Below are positions 9,017 through 18,732 of a stretch of 60,950 bases of DNA, piece after piece; the first letter of the stretch is position 1; each line of letters starts with the position of its first letter. The stretch comes from a virus (taxonomy: Duplodnaviria; Caudoviricetes): the IMG/VR virus record IMGVR_UViG_3300032102_000021, positions 1 through 60,950 of that record. One strand, given 5' to 3'. The translations under genes and the position numbers were made by a program. The notes beneath the pieces are model-generated. The model did not search any database, was not told where the DNA came from, and saw nothing but the letters and a program-made list of their open reading frames with translations.

Positions 9017-10257
9017 CTTACCTTGCCTCCCGCCTGTTCGGGACGCCCTTACTCATCCACCGACCCAAGCTGGACGTGATTTTGTCAGTCGTCGGCCAGC
9101 GCCTCGGCATGGCCGATGTGCCTGCCATGCCCATGATGGACATGGCAGTTTTCCAACGGCCCCCGCTGGCCGCTGCACCTGAGGGCATTGCGGTGATCCC
9201 GATCCACGGATCACTGGTGAAGCGCTCGCTTGGCATGGAGGCCGCTTCGGGCCTGACCTCTTACGGTGAGATCGCTGCGATGCTCGATGCGGCCCTGGCC
9301 GATCCCCAGGTCAGCGGGATTCTGCTCGACATCGACTCCCCCGGTGGCGAGGCCTCGGGCAGCTTCGAGCTGGCCCGTCGTGTGCGCGAAGTGGCAGCGA
9401 TCAAACCCGTCTGGGCGGTGGCCAATGATGCGGCGTACTCAGCCGCCTATGCCATCGCGGCCAGTGCCCAGCGCTTGTTCGTGACGGAAACCGGCGGTGT
9501 CGGCTCTATTGGCGTGATCGCCCTGCATGTCGACCAGTCGGTCAAGGATGCCAAAGACGGCTACCACTTCACCGCGATCACAGCAGGCGCCCACAAGAAC
9601 GACTACTCGCCGCATGAGCCCTTGTCGGATGCGGCCAAAACGGAACTGCAGGGTGAGGTCAATCGGCTGTATTCCATCTTTACCGAACACGTGGTTGCCA
9701 TGCGCGGCCTGGATCTCGCTGCCGTGCGCGCCACGGAGGCCGGACTGTTCTTCGGCACGAATGCCGTGGCCCAGGGGCTCGCCGATGGTGTCCAGACGCT
9801 GGACGCCACCCTCAGCCAATTCCACTTGTATCTCAACGCCCGTAACCATTCGCCGTCTCAGGTGCGGGGCGTCATCCGTGCTGAGACGGCACTTCCTCAT
9901 AAGGAGCTTTCCATGCCTGACACCCAGGACATCCTTCAAAACCCCGTGGCTGACACCATCGATCTGGCCGAAGCAGAAAAACTGGTTGCACAAGCCAAGC
10001 GCGAAGTCACGCAAACCGCACAGGCGATTGCCGAGCTGTGCCTGCTGGCCGGCTGCCCCGATCGCGCGGCCGAGTTCATCGCTGCTGGCAAATCCCAAGC
10101 CGATGTGCGCCGCGTGCTGATAGACGCACGTGCCGCGCAGTCCGATGCCGCCGACATCCGCTCGACGATCACCGTGGACGCGGGCACCCAGTCGCTCGAT
10201 CGCCCTGAGACCTCGCCCATCGTGGCGGCCGTCAAGAAACTCACCGCCAAAGCCTGA
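9013..10257 (+). CDS. S49-family prohead protease with C-terminal scaffold (gpC/Nu3-like)
   Basis: DIDSPGG, AYSAAYAIA, VGSIGV; possible internal scaffold start MPDTQ after AAGGAG at about 9914. Confidence 0.93.
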   Translation: MTYLASRLFGTPLLIHRPKLDVILSVVGQRLGMADVPAMPMMDMAVFQRPPLAAAPEGIAVIPIHGSLVKRSLGMEAASGLTSYGEIAAMLDAALADPQVSGILLDIDSPGGEASGSFELARRVREVAAIKPVWAVANDAAYSAAYAIAASAQRLFVTETGGVGSIGVIALHVDQSVKDAKDGYHFTAITAGAHKNDYSPHEPLSDAAKTELQGEVNRLYSIFTEHVVAMRGLDLAAVRATEAGLFFGTNAVAQGLADGVQTLDATLSQFHLYLNARNHSPSQVRGVIRAETALPHKELSMPDTQDILQNPVADTIDLAEAEKLVAQAKREVTQTAQAIAELCLLAGCPDRAAEFIAAGKSQADVRRVLIDARAAQSDAADIRSTITVDAGTQSLDRPETSPIVAAVKKLTAKA

Positions 10258-10271
10258 GAAAGGAATCAGCC

Positions 10272-10649
10272 ATGCCCACCATCACCGAACAAAACAACCT
10301 CGCCGATCTCTTGAAGTACGAAGCACCCAACCGCTATTCGCGCGACGTCGCCACCATCGCCGCTGGCCAGAACCTGCCCTTGGGCACGGTGCTCGGTCGC
10401 AACACCAGCGATGGCAAGCACTACGCCATCGACCCAGCCGCCACCGATGGCACCGAGTCCGCCATTGGCGTCCTAGTCAACGCCATTGATGCCACCAATT
10501 CTGACCGGGCTGATGCCATCCTGATCGCCCGTCACGCCATCGTCGCCAAGACCGCCCTGGTCTGGCCGATTGCACTCACCGGTGCCCAGCGCACTGCTTA
10601 CGAGCAGCAACTGGCTGAGCGTGGCGTGCTGGTGCGTGAGAGTGCGTAA
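10272..10649 (+). CDS. Head decoration protein (gpD-like)
   Basis: Position between protease and capsid; TIAAGQNLPLGTVLG. Confidence 0.85.
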   Translation: MPTITEQNNLADLLKYEAPNRYSRDVATIAAGQNLPLGTVLGRNTSDGKHYAIDPAATDGTESAIGVLVNAIDATNSDRADAILIARHAIVAKTALVWPIALTGAQRTAYEQQLAERGVLVRESA

Positions 10650-10693
10650 AGCCTGTCACTGATCCGCCTGTTACCCAACCCATTCATCCCCTC

Positions 10694-10740
10694 GAACCCG
10701 TCTGGCCGTCTGGCTTGCGCGGGTTTCGTCATTTTTGGAG
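10694..10740 (+). promoter_or_regulatory. Stem-loop followed by CATTTTTGGAG RBS, upstream of major capsid gene
   Basis: GAACCCG...CGGGTTTC arms; similar element at 25260-25302. Confidence 0.5.
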
Positions 10741-10746
10741 CCTCAA

Positions 10747-11748
10747 ATGCAGAACCTCTTTGCCAACCCGGCCTTCAGCATGGCCAACCTCACGGCCGCC
10801 ATCAACCTGGTGCCCAACCGCTACGGCCGGCTGGAAGACCTGAACCTGTTTCCTGCCAAGCCCACGCGCTTTCGGCAAATCATCATTGAAGAGCGCAACG
10901 GTGTGCTCAACCTGCTGCCCACCATGCCACCCGGCTCGCCTGGTACTGTGGGCACGCGTGGCAAGCGCAAGGTCCGCTCCTTCGTCATCCCTCACATCCC
11001 GCACGACGATGTGGTGCTGCCCGAAGAGGTCCAGGGCATCCGCGCTTTTGGGTCGGAGACCGAGCTGGAAACCCTGGCCGGTGTGCTGGCCCGGCATCTG
11101 GAGACCATGCGCAACAAGCACGCGATCACGCTGGAGCACCTGCGGATGGGCGCCTTGAAGGGCGAGATCCTGGATGCCGATGGTTCGACCATCTACAACC
11201 TCTACGACGAATTCGGCATTGATGCGACCACCCTGTCGCTGGGTTTGGCGGATGCTAAGACCAATGTTCGCAACAAGTGCGTCAAGGTCCTTGGCGAAAT
11301 GGAAAAAGCCCTGCAGGGCGAATTCATGACCGGCGTGCGCTGCCTGTGCTCTCCGTCCTTCTTCGAGGCCCTGACCAGCCACGCCAATGTGGTGGAGTCC
11401 TACACCCGGTTCCAGGAAGGTGCCTGGCTGCGCGAAGACGTGCGCACCGGCTTCACCTACGGCGGCATCACCTTCGAGGAGTACCGGGGCCAGGCCAGCT
11501 CGGCCGACGGCACGGTGCGCAAGTTCATCGCGGACGGTGAAGCGCATTGCTTTCCCGTGGGCACAGTCGACACCTTCGGCACCTACTTCGCGCCAGCGGA
11601 CTTCAACGAAACGGTCAACACCCTGGGTCAGCCTGTCTACGCCAAACAGGCGCCGCGCCAGTTCGACCGAGGCACCGACCTGCACACGCAGAGCAACCCG
11701 CTGCCCATGTGCCACCGCCCGGGCGTGCTGATCAAGCTGACGGCTTGA
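10747..11748 (+). CDS. Major capsid protein (lambda E family)
   Basis: TLEHLRMGALKGEILD, GFTYGGITFEEY, QSNPLPMCHRP; GGAG SD. Confidence 0.93.
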   Translation: MQNLFANPAFSMANLTAAINLVPNRYGRLEDLNLFPAKPTRFRQIIIEERNGVLNLLPTMPPGSPGTVGTRGKRKVRSFVIPHIPHDDVVLPEEVQGIRAFGSETELETLAGVLARHLETMRNKHAITLEHLRMGALKGEILDADGSTIYNLYDEFGIDATTLSLGLADAKTNVRNKCVKVLGEMEKALQGEFMTGVRCLCSPSFFEALTSHANVVESYTRFQEGAWLREDVRTGFTYGGITFEEYRGQASSADGTVRKFIADGEAHCFPVGTVDTFGTYFAPADFNETVNTLGQPVYAKQAPRQFDRGTDLHTQSNPLPMCHRPGVLIKLTA

Positions 11749-11751
11749 TTC

Positions 11752-12060
11752 ATGCAAGCAGCCTTTGAGCGAGCAGTGGTGCGTCTGTTTGCCCGGCTGG
11801 GGGTGCCTGGCACCTACCGGCTGGCGGATGGCCGAGAAATCGCCACCCGGTTCATCTCCAAGCAGGCCGATGTCGTCGAGTCTTTCGGTGAGACGCGCTT
11901 GGCGCTGGCAACCCACCGATTTGATGTGATGGCCCGAGAGGTGATGTCTCCCCGCGAGGGGGAACGCTTCACCGTCGCTGGTCAGACCTATCAGGTGGTG
12001 GGTGAGCCGCTGGCCGATCGCGATCGCCTGATCTGGACCCTGACTGGCGCACCGGTATGA
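11752..12060 (+). CDS. Head-tail joining protein (gpFII-like)
   Basis: Size, position after capsid, beta-rich PREGERFTVAGQTYQVVG. Confidence 0.75.
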   Translation: MQAAFERAVVRLFARLGVPGTYRLADGREIATRFISKQADVVESFGETRLALATHRFDVMAREVMSPREGERFTVAGQTYQVVGEPLADRDRLIWTLTGAPV

Positions 12061-12716
12061 GGCTGATGGCTGCCTTGTCCGGTGACCTGGACCAAATGCT
12101 GGCGGAAGAAGTGCGCATTGCCGAACAGGCCGTGACGCAATCCATCCGCGAGACGACCGACGGTCTCAAGACCGAGTTGCGCAACCAGATCACCGGTGCG
12201 GGCCTGGGCCAGCGCCTGGCGAACACCTGGCGCGGCGAGGTCTATCCCAAAGGCCAGATGAGCATCAAGGCAGCGGGCCTGGTCTACAGCCGAGCCCCAG
12301 AAGTGGTCGGCGCCCATGACCAGGGCGCGACTATCCGCTCCAAAGACGGGTTCTGGCTGGCGATTGCCTTGCCCGCTGCTGGCAAAGGCCCTCGTGGCAA
12401 ACGCATGACTCCTGGTCTTTGGGAAAAGCTCCGTGGCCATCGCCTGCGCTTTGTCTACCGCCGGGGCAAGCCCTCGCTCCTCGTTGCCGAAAACCAGCGC
12501 GCTCGCCAGGGCCAGCGTGGCGGCTTCTCCGCTGCCTCGCAGAAGGCTCAAGCCAGCGGCCGAGGCCTGGTCACGGTGCCGATGTTCCTGCTGGTGCCGC
12601 AAGTCACCCTGAAGAAGAAATTCGACATCGACAGTGCTTCGCGACGCTGGGTCAACACGCTGGCCAACCGGATCGCCAACCTCTTCGATGAGGCTGAACG
12701 CAAAGGTGAAAGCTGA
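12057..12716 (+). CDS. DUF6441-like neck/minor tail protein
   Basis: Basic 219-aa protein at the gpZ-like position; GATIRSKDGFWLAI. Confidence 0.7.
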   Translation: MRLMAALSGDLDQMLAEEVRIAEQAVTQSIRETTDGLKTELRNQITGAGLGQRLANTWRGEVYPKGQMSIKAAGLVYSRAPEVVGAHDQGATIRSKDGFWLAIALPAAGKGPRGKRMTPGLWEKLRGHRLRFVYRRGKPSLLVAENQRARQGQRGGFSAASQKAQASGRGLVTVPMFLLVPQVTLKKKFDIDSASRRWVNTLANRIANLFDEAERKGES

Positions 12717-13159
12717 TGAGTCAACGACCCAGTCAACGTGAGAGCGCCATCGGCGCACTGTTCGCTGTGCTCGGACACCTGTCTTTGGGTGTGATGACCA
12801 AACGCAACGCATCCTTACCCGAGAGGCTGTCAGAGCATGCCATGGCCGTCTTGCGTGACGGCGAGATGGGCGAGCCTGAGGTGTCGCTCTCGCCACTGAC
12901 CTACCACTGGCAGCACCGGGTGGCGATCGAATTGTTCGTCGCCGACCCGAATGCCAGCGAGCGCGATAAGCGCATGGACGGCCTATTGGTCGAACTGGCA
13001 GCCCTGATCGAAGAGGACCGCACGCTTGACGGCGTCATCGAGTACGCCGAAATCGGTCCACCCAAGTTCGATGAACTGGCACCCGATGGGGTCAGTGGCA
13101 TCAAGGCTTGCTTGCTACCCGTGGTCCTGCACTACAGCAGCTCAGGTCCGCTGAACTGA
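12716..13159 (+). CDS. Probable tail terminator/completion protein
   Basis: 147 aa directly before tail tube; DRTLDG motif typical of gpU-like proteins. Confidence 0.65.
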   Translation: MSQRPSQRESAIGALFAVLGHLSLGVMTKRNASLPERLSEHAMAVLRDGEMGEPEVSLSPLTYHWQHRVAIELFVADPNASERDKRMDGLLVELAALIEEDRTLDGVIEYAEIGPPKFDELAPDGVSGIKACLLPVVLHYSSSGPLN

Positions 13160-13184
13160 AACCTATTCCCCAAGGAGAAACCTC

Positions 13185-14123
13185 ATGGCCCGTGCCTATG
13201 GCGCGAACGCCAGCCTCTTGGCCGCGTTCGAAACCACCTATGGCAGCAATCCGGTGGGCGACTACTGGAAGCTGCCATTTGTATCCACCACTCTCGGCTC
13301 CGAGCAGGGGCTCATTGCCAATGACCTGATTGGACTGGGTCGCGAGCCCAATGCGCCGATTCGAGATGTGATCAAGGTCGAAGGCGACATGGTCGTGCCC
13401 GTGGACGTGCGCAACATCGGCATGTGGCTCAAAGCTCTGCTGGGCAGCGCCACCACCACGGGCACCGGCACGCTCACCCACACCTTCATCTCTGGCAAGT
13501 CCAGTTTGCCAAGCCTCAGTCTTGAGACGGGTCTTCCCGATATCCCGGCCTGGTTTGTGGCGTCTGGCGTCATGGTCAACAGCCTGCAGGTGGGGTTTGC
13601 CCGTTCGGGTGCGGCCAATGCCACGGTCGGCCTGATCGCGCAGGGTGAGGTCAAGCAGGCAGCCACCATCGATGCCACCCCGACGACGCGAGACATCCTG
13701 CGGTTCAACCAGTTTCAGGGCTCCATCAAAAAGGGTGGCACTGCGCTGGGTAACGTGGTCTCGGCGCAACTCACGTATTCCAACAACCTCGAGCGCATCG
13801 AGACCATCCGCTCCGACGGCAAGATCGACGGCGCTGACCCCACGGTGGCCAGCCTGACTGGCAATTTGGAGGTCCGCTTTGCCGATACCCAGCTCATCGA
13901 TGCGGCCACCAACAACACGCCACTGGAGTTGACGTTCGCCTACACGATCGACGCCACCAAGCGCCTGACCTTCATCGCACATGAGGTCTACCTGCCCAAG
14001 CCCAAAGTTTCCATCACTGGGCCAGGTGGCATTCAAGCCACTTTCGAGTGGCAAGCCGCCAAGAACGTGGCGGCCAACAAGATGCTCACCGTCGAACTGC
14101 TCAACGACGTGACCACGTATTGA
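13185..14123 (+). CDS. Phage tail tube protein
   Basis: Thr/Gly-rich beta protein; ETTYG, LPSLSLE; AAGGAG SD; precedes chaperone and tape measure. Confidence 0.88.
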   Translation: MARAYGANASLLAAFETTYGSNPVGDYWKLPFVSTTLGSEQGLIANDLIGLGREPNAPIRDVIKVEGDMVVPVDVRNIGMWLKALLGSATTTGTGTLTHTFISGKSSLPSLSLETGLPDIPAWFVASGVMVNSLQVGFARSGAANATVGLIAQGEVKQAATIDATPTTRDILRFNQFQGSIKKGGTALGNVVSAQLTYSNNLERIETIRSDGKIDGADPTVASLTGNLEVRFADTQLIDAATNNTPLELTFAYTIDATKRLTFIAHEVYLPKPKVSITGPGGIQATFEWQAAKNVAANKMLTVELLNDVTTY

Positions 14124-14139
14124 TACCCAGGACTTTCCA

Positions 14140-14490
14140 ATGATCAAACTCAACATTCCACGTGAACCGCACTGGATCGCACTGGCCGCTGGCGTGCGCC
14201 TGCAGGTCCGCCCCGCCACCACTGCACTGGTCATGGCCGCGCGCCATGCCGCCTCCAAAGTGGCGGGTACCGACACCGCTGCCGCTGGCGAGCGCACTGC
14301 CACTCTCATCACCGAACTGGCCAAGCTGGCCGTCATCGCCTGGGAAGGCGTGGCCGATGACAAAGGTCAACCAGCATCCGTCACACCAGAAGGCGTGGCC
14401 GCTTTGATGGAGCACTGGCTGTTGGCCGATGCCTTCGAGCGCGAATACCTTGCTGGCCTGTACGCACTGGAATCGGAAAAAAACGCCTGA
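14140..14490 (+). CDS. Tail assembly chaperone (gpG-like)
   Basis: Between tube and tape measure; VIAWEGV motif; ends in slippery A_AAA_AAC. Confidence 0.85.
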   Translation: MIKLNIPREPHWIALAAGVRLQVRPATTALVMAARHAASKVAGTDTAAAGERTATLITELAKLAVIAWEGVADDKGQPASVTPEGVAALMEHWLLADAFEREYLAGLYALESEKNA

Positions 14491-14801
14491 AGGCCCGCAC
14501 CGCATGGCACTTTGGTGGTGGGCCGAACTATTGCAGTGCCTGCCTTCAAAGTTGTGCTGAGCCATGTCCCGAGTGTCCGTACACCATGAATGCACCCCTC
14601 AGCCTAGAAGGCTGGCAAGCGGCCAGTGCCATGGAAGTTTGTGCCAGTCAGTTGCGCATGAACCAGGGTCGTGTCGTGGGTCTGGATCTGAACGCTTGGA
14701 TGCTGACCTGCGAGTGCGCTGGATTGGACAAAGCCACGGCGATTGACCTGTTTCCGGCTGCAGAGGCGGGCCTGATGAGCACTTTTGAACAAAACGAATA
14801 A
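14478..14801 (+). CDS. -1 frameshift extension of tail chaperone (gpGT-like)
   Basis: Heptamer A AAA AAC at 14478-14484; the -1 frame is open from there to TAA at 14801. Confidence 0.8.
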   Translation, partial: KKRLKARTAWHFGGGPNYCSACLQSCAEPCPECPYTMNAPLSLEGWQAASAMEVCASQLRMNQGRVVGLDLNAWMLTCECAGLDKATAIDLFPAAEAGLMSTFEQNE

Positions 14802-14842
14802 CGCGGCGACTGATCTCTTTGCCTTGATCCGAGTGTTTCCCC

Positions 14843-17446
14843 ATGGCTGAACGCAATCTCTCCATTCGCCTGTCCGTGATCGACGGCGGCAAGGTCAAAG
14901 CCGAGCTGTCCGAGATTGGCGAGAAGGGGGAGCGCTCGCTCAAGAAAATAGAAGCCGCTGCCACCCCAGCCTCCGGTGGCCTCAAGCTCCTGTCAAGCGC
15001 CGCCAACGATGCCAAGTTCCAACTGCAGGCCGCCACGGACCGTCTTGGCATGATGGGCTCGGTGCTGGGCAAGTTCGGTCCTGCCGGTCTGATCGCCGGT
15101 GCCAGCATCGCAGCACTCGGTGTGGGCATCACGGCGCTCGTCATGCCGGTGGCCCGGGTGGGTGATGAGTTCTTCAAGCTCTCGCAAAAGACAGGGGTCT
15201 CGGTCGAGGCGCTGACCGCACTGGACTACGCGGCCAAGCTGTCGGATGTCAGCACCGAAGGCTTGACCAAGGCACTGCAAAAACTATCGGTTGCCATGTT
15301 CGACTCCCAGGTCAACGGCGAAGAGGGCAGTGCGGCGTTGAAGGCGCTGGGTGTGTCGGCCACCGATGTGCACGGACAGATCCGTCCGACCGAGCAGGTC
15401 TTGCTGGATCTGGCCGAGAAGTTTTCTGTCATGCCTGATGGAGCGGATAAGGCTGCTTTGGCGGTCAAGATCTTCGGCAAAGAAGGCCTGGCCATCGTCC
15501 CGTTCCTGAACCAGGGGCGCGAGGGCATTACAGCGCTGATGGAAGAAGCGCAGCGCCTGGGCCTGGTCATGTCGGAGGACGTGGCGCGTGCATCCGAGGT
15601 CTTCAACGACAACCTGACGCGCCTGTCTGCCATCTTCGAGGGCGTGCAGCGCCAGATCGGCGCAGCCGTCATCCCGGTCCTGGCTGACTTCACCGAGCAG
15701 GTCATCCTGGCTCAGGGCGAGACCGGCAGTTTCAGCAATGAACTGCAACGCATCACGTCCAACCGGGATGCCACGCTCGCGTTTCTGGAGTCGGTGGCTT
15801 CGGGTCTGGCATTCATCGCCGAGTCGGCGGTGCTGGCCAGGCGTGTGATTGCCCAGCCCTTTGACAGTCTGTCGGTGGTGGGCAAGGACATCGAGACCTG
15901 GTTCAAGACCGATTTGCTGCGCACGATGAAGTCCATGGGTTACGACCCCAAGGTCATCGATGCTGAAATCGCCAAACTGCAGGGCGCACGGGACGACTAC
16001 GTGCGCGCGGCCAACGACCGGCTCTTGAACATCAACCAGAACCCGGGCTATGCGGACCGGGTAGCCAAATTCTTCGACGAGCAGCGCCGCACCGTGCGCG
16101 TGATGGGCCAGAAGTTCGTGCTCGACACCGAGGCGCAGGCCAAGGAAGTGCAGGCGATTTACGACAAATTCCTGCCGACGCTGCCGCGCAAGCCCCGGAT
16201 GGAGTTGGACCTGTCCGGCTTTCAAAAGCCCAAGCCTGCTGAAAAACTCAACGAAGGCGAAGCCTTCCTCAACCAGCTGCGCTCGCGCCTGACCCGCACG
16301 CAAGAGGGTGAAGCTGCCGAACTGCGCGCCCGGGCCCTGCAGATCGAAGCCAAGGGCTACCAAGGGGTGGCGGCTGAGGCCGAGCAGTACATCCAGGTTC
16401 TCGAAGCCGTCGAGCGCCAGAAGGAAGCCAACAAAGCCTTCGACGCCTTTGAAAAAGAAGAAGCCGCCTCGCGCAAGATCACCGAAGGCTTGATTGGCGG
16501 CAACCGCCAGCGCATCGAAGCCCTGCAGTTGCAGCGCCAGATGCTGGACATGACCGATGCCGAAAAAGCCGCCCTGCAGGCCCGCTCTGATCTGGAAAAG
16601 GCTGCTGCCAATGCGCGCAAAGAAGCCAGCCAGATCGAAGACCCGGGCCTGCGGGCTCAGACCATTGAAGCCATCAACGATGCGTTGGCCAGGCAACTAC
16701 CCATCGTTGAAGACCTGGTGCGGGCCAACACGGACTATCAGCGCAGTTTTGAGTACGGTGCCAAGTCGGCGCTCAGAACCTATATCGACGACGCGACCAA
16801 TGCAGCCAAGCGCACCCAGCAGGTCACAGCCAATGCGTTTCGAGGGATGGAGGCGGCGCTCACACAGTTCGTGACGACAGGTAAGCTGGACTTCAAAAGC
16901 CTGGCCGATTCCATCATCGCGGACTTGGTGCGCATCCAGATCCAGCGATCCATCACATTGCCCTTGGCGAACGCGATGTCCAGCATGGACTGGGGTTCGA
17001 TGTGGGGCAGTCTGTTTCCGTCCGCGCAGGGCAATGTGTTCAACGCTCCGGCGCTTTCGGTCTACCGCAACACGGTGGTCGATCGTCCGACGGTGTTCCC
17101 TTTTGCCCAAGGGGCAGGTTTCACGAGCCTGCCCCGTATCGGCCTCATGGGTGAAAAACCTGGCAGCCCGGGCGAGGCCATCATGCCGCTCACGCGCATG
17201 CGCGATGGCGATCTGGGCGTCAAGGTCAACGGCGGAGGCAGCACCGTCATCGTCAATGTCATCGAGGCCGCCGGCAAAGGTGGCCAGCAACAGCAGCGCA
17301 CCGACAGCAACGGCAACCAGGTGATCGACGTCTGGGTGGAACAAATCACGGCCAAGGTCTGGGGCGATGTGGCGCGTGGTGCCGGTCCCGGCCCTGGCGT
17401 GCTGGCCAACACCTACGGCCTGAACCGCGTCGCAGGAGCCTATTGA
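14843..17446 (+). CDS. Tail tape measure protein
   Basis: 867 aa, Ala-rich helical; TGKLDFKSLADSIIADL and MGEKPGSPGEAIMPL C-terminal motifs. Confidence 0.95.
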   Translation: MAERNLSIRLSVIDGGKVKAELSEIGEKGERSLKKIEAAATPASGGLKLLSSAANDAKFQLQAATDRLGMMGSVLGKFGPAGLIAGASIAALGVGITALVMPVARVGDEFFKLSQKTGVSVEALTALDYAAKLSDVSTEGLTKALQKLSVAMFDSQVNGEEGSAALKALGVSATDVHGQIRPTEQVLLDLAEKFSVMPDGADKAALAVKIFGKEGLAIVPFLNQGREGITALMEEAQRLGLVMSEDVARASEVFNDNLTRLSAIFEGVQRQIGAAVIPVLADFTEQVILAQGETGSFSNELQRITSNRDATLAFLESVASGLAFIAESAVLARRVIAQPFDSLSVVGKDIETWFKTDLLRTMKSMGYDPKVIDAEIAKLQGARDDYVRAANDRLLNINQNPGYADRVAKFFDEQRRTVRVMGQKFVLDTEAQAKEVQAIYDKFLPTLPRKPRMELDLSGFQKPKPAEKLNEGEAFLNQLRSRLTRTQEGEAAELRARALQIEAKGYQGVAAEAEQYIQVLEAVERQKEANKAFDAFEKEEAASRKITEGLIGGNRQRIEALQLQRQMLDMTDAEKAALQARSDLEKAAANARKEASQIEDPGLRAQTIEAINDALARQLPIVEDLVRANTDYQRSFEYGAKSALRTYIDDATNAAKRTQQVTANAFRGMEAALTQFVTTGKLDFKSLADSIIADLVRIQIQRSITLPLANAMSSMDWGSMWGSLFPSAQGNVFNAPALSVYRNTVVDRPTVFPFAQGAGFTSLPRIGLMGEKPGSPGEAIMPLTRMRDGDLGVKVNGGGSTVIVNVIEAAGKGGQQQQRTDSNGNQVIDVWVEQITAKVWGDVARGAGPGPGVLANTYGLNRVAGAY

Positions 17447-17447
17447 T

Positions 17448-17801
17448 ATGGCAACTTGGCCCACAACATTGCCCCGGCCGCAGGTCGCGGGATACACGAT
17501 CGCGCCGGTGGATGTCACCGTGCGCACCGACATGGAGGCTGGTTTGCCCCGCGTGCGTCGCCGCAGTGCGGCACGCAATGATCAGGTGAGCGTTGGCTGG
17601 CGTTTCACGGATGCCCAAATGGCCACGTTTCGGGCCTGGTTCGATGGCGACTGCGCCAATGGAGCCAGCTGGTTCACGGTGGACTTGAACACCGGAGACG
17701 CGGGCTTGCGTTCTGTGCAGGCCCGATTTGTAGGTCCCTGGCAGTCGGAAATGCAGCCTGGCCAGCGCTGGCAGGTCAGCGCCAAGTTGGAGGTGCGCTG
17801 A
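17448..17801 (+). CDS. Distal tail protein (gpM-like)
   Basis: Follows tape measure; WP..LP.P, RTDMEAG..RVRRR, G..WF pattern. Confidence 0.75.
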   Translation: MATWPTTLPRPQVAGYTIAPVDVTVRTDMEAGLPRVRRRSAARNDQVSVGWRFTDAQMATFRAWFDGDCANGASWFTVDLNTGDAGLRSVQARFVGPWQSEMQPGQRWQVSAKLEVR

Positions 17802-18340
17802 TGCCGGACGATACCCTGAGCCTGGCGATCAAAGAGGCCTACGCCAGCGCTCCATCGAACCTGGTCATTCACCACACCCTGGAGATCTGGCATCCGAACT
17901 TTACGACGCCCATTCGGGTGGTGCGCGATCACGTGGATCTCACGGCCAAGCTGGAATCCAGCGCACCGCGCAACGCCAGTCAGTACGTCACCTTTGTGGG
18001 CTATGCCTTCGATGTCGTGCCGCCCGAGGTGACCCACACGGCCGTGCCGCAGTGTGTGATCGAGATCGACAACGTCAGTCGGGACATCCTGGCCAATGTG
18101 GAGGCATCCATGAACGGACAGCCTGGAAGTAGTGAATTGATCACTGTGACCTACCGGGCTTTTCTTTCTTCGGATCTGACTGCACCACAGAACAACCCGC
18201 CACTGATCCTCACCGTGATGTCGATTTCCGCCACGGTCTTTCGGGTGCGGGCCACTTGTGGCTTTCCAAACCTTGCCAACCGGCGATTCCCTGGCCTGGA
18301 CTACACGGCCGAAGTCTTTCCTGGATTGATTGCGCAATGA
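17801..18340 (+). CDS. DUF1833 tail-tip protein
   Basis: EAYASAP, HTLEIWHP, IEIDNV, C-terminal FPGL. Confidence 0.8.
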   Translation: MPDDTLSLAIKEAYASAPSNLVIHHTLEIWHPNFTTPIRVVRDHVDLTAKLESSAPRNASQYVTFVGYAFDVVPPEVTHTAVPQCVIEIDNVSRDILANVEASMNGQPGSSELITVTYRAFLSSDLTAPQNNPPLILTVMSISATVFRVRATCGFPNLANRRFPGLDYTAEVFPGLIAQ

Positions 18341-18732
18341 ACCCACAAACCCCTCACTGGGCCATCCAGTACATCGGCCTGCCTTGGGTGGCTGGTAGCA
18401 GCGACTGCTGGTCGTTTGCGCGCCAGGTATGGCGCGAGCAGTTTGGCTGGGATGTGGCTGCCGTCGATGTCAATGTCGCCAGTCGGCTGTCATCACTACG
18501 CGCTTTTGACGATCACCCTGAGTACGCGCACTGGCAGATCGTCAGAGACCCGCGCGAGGGCGATGCCTGCCTGATGGGCAAATCTGAGCGACCCAGTCAC
18601 ATTGGCGTGTATTTGGATGCAGATGGAGGGGGCGTGCTGCACTCCCTGGAAACGGTGGGTGTGGTCTTTACGCCGGTGTCGGCATTGCCCAGCGTGGGCT
18701 TGAGGGTGCTGTCATGGCATCGACGGCGCTGA
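18337..18732 (+). CDS. NlpC/P60 tail-associated peptidase (gpK-like)
   Basis: YIGLPW...DCWSF catalytic Cys, HIGVY His; ATGA overlap. Confidence 0.85.
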   Translation: MNPQTPHWAIQYIGLPWVAGSSDCWSFARQVWREQFGWDVAAVDVNVASRLSSLRAFDDHPEYAHWQIVRDPREGDACLMGKSERPSHIGVYLDADGGGVLHSLETVGVVFTPVSALPSVGLRVLSWHRRR

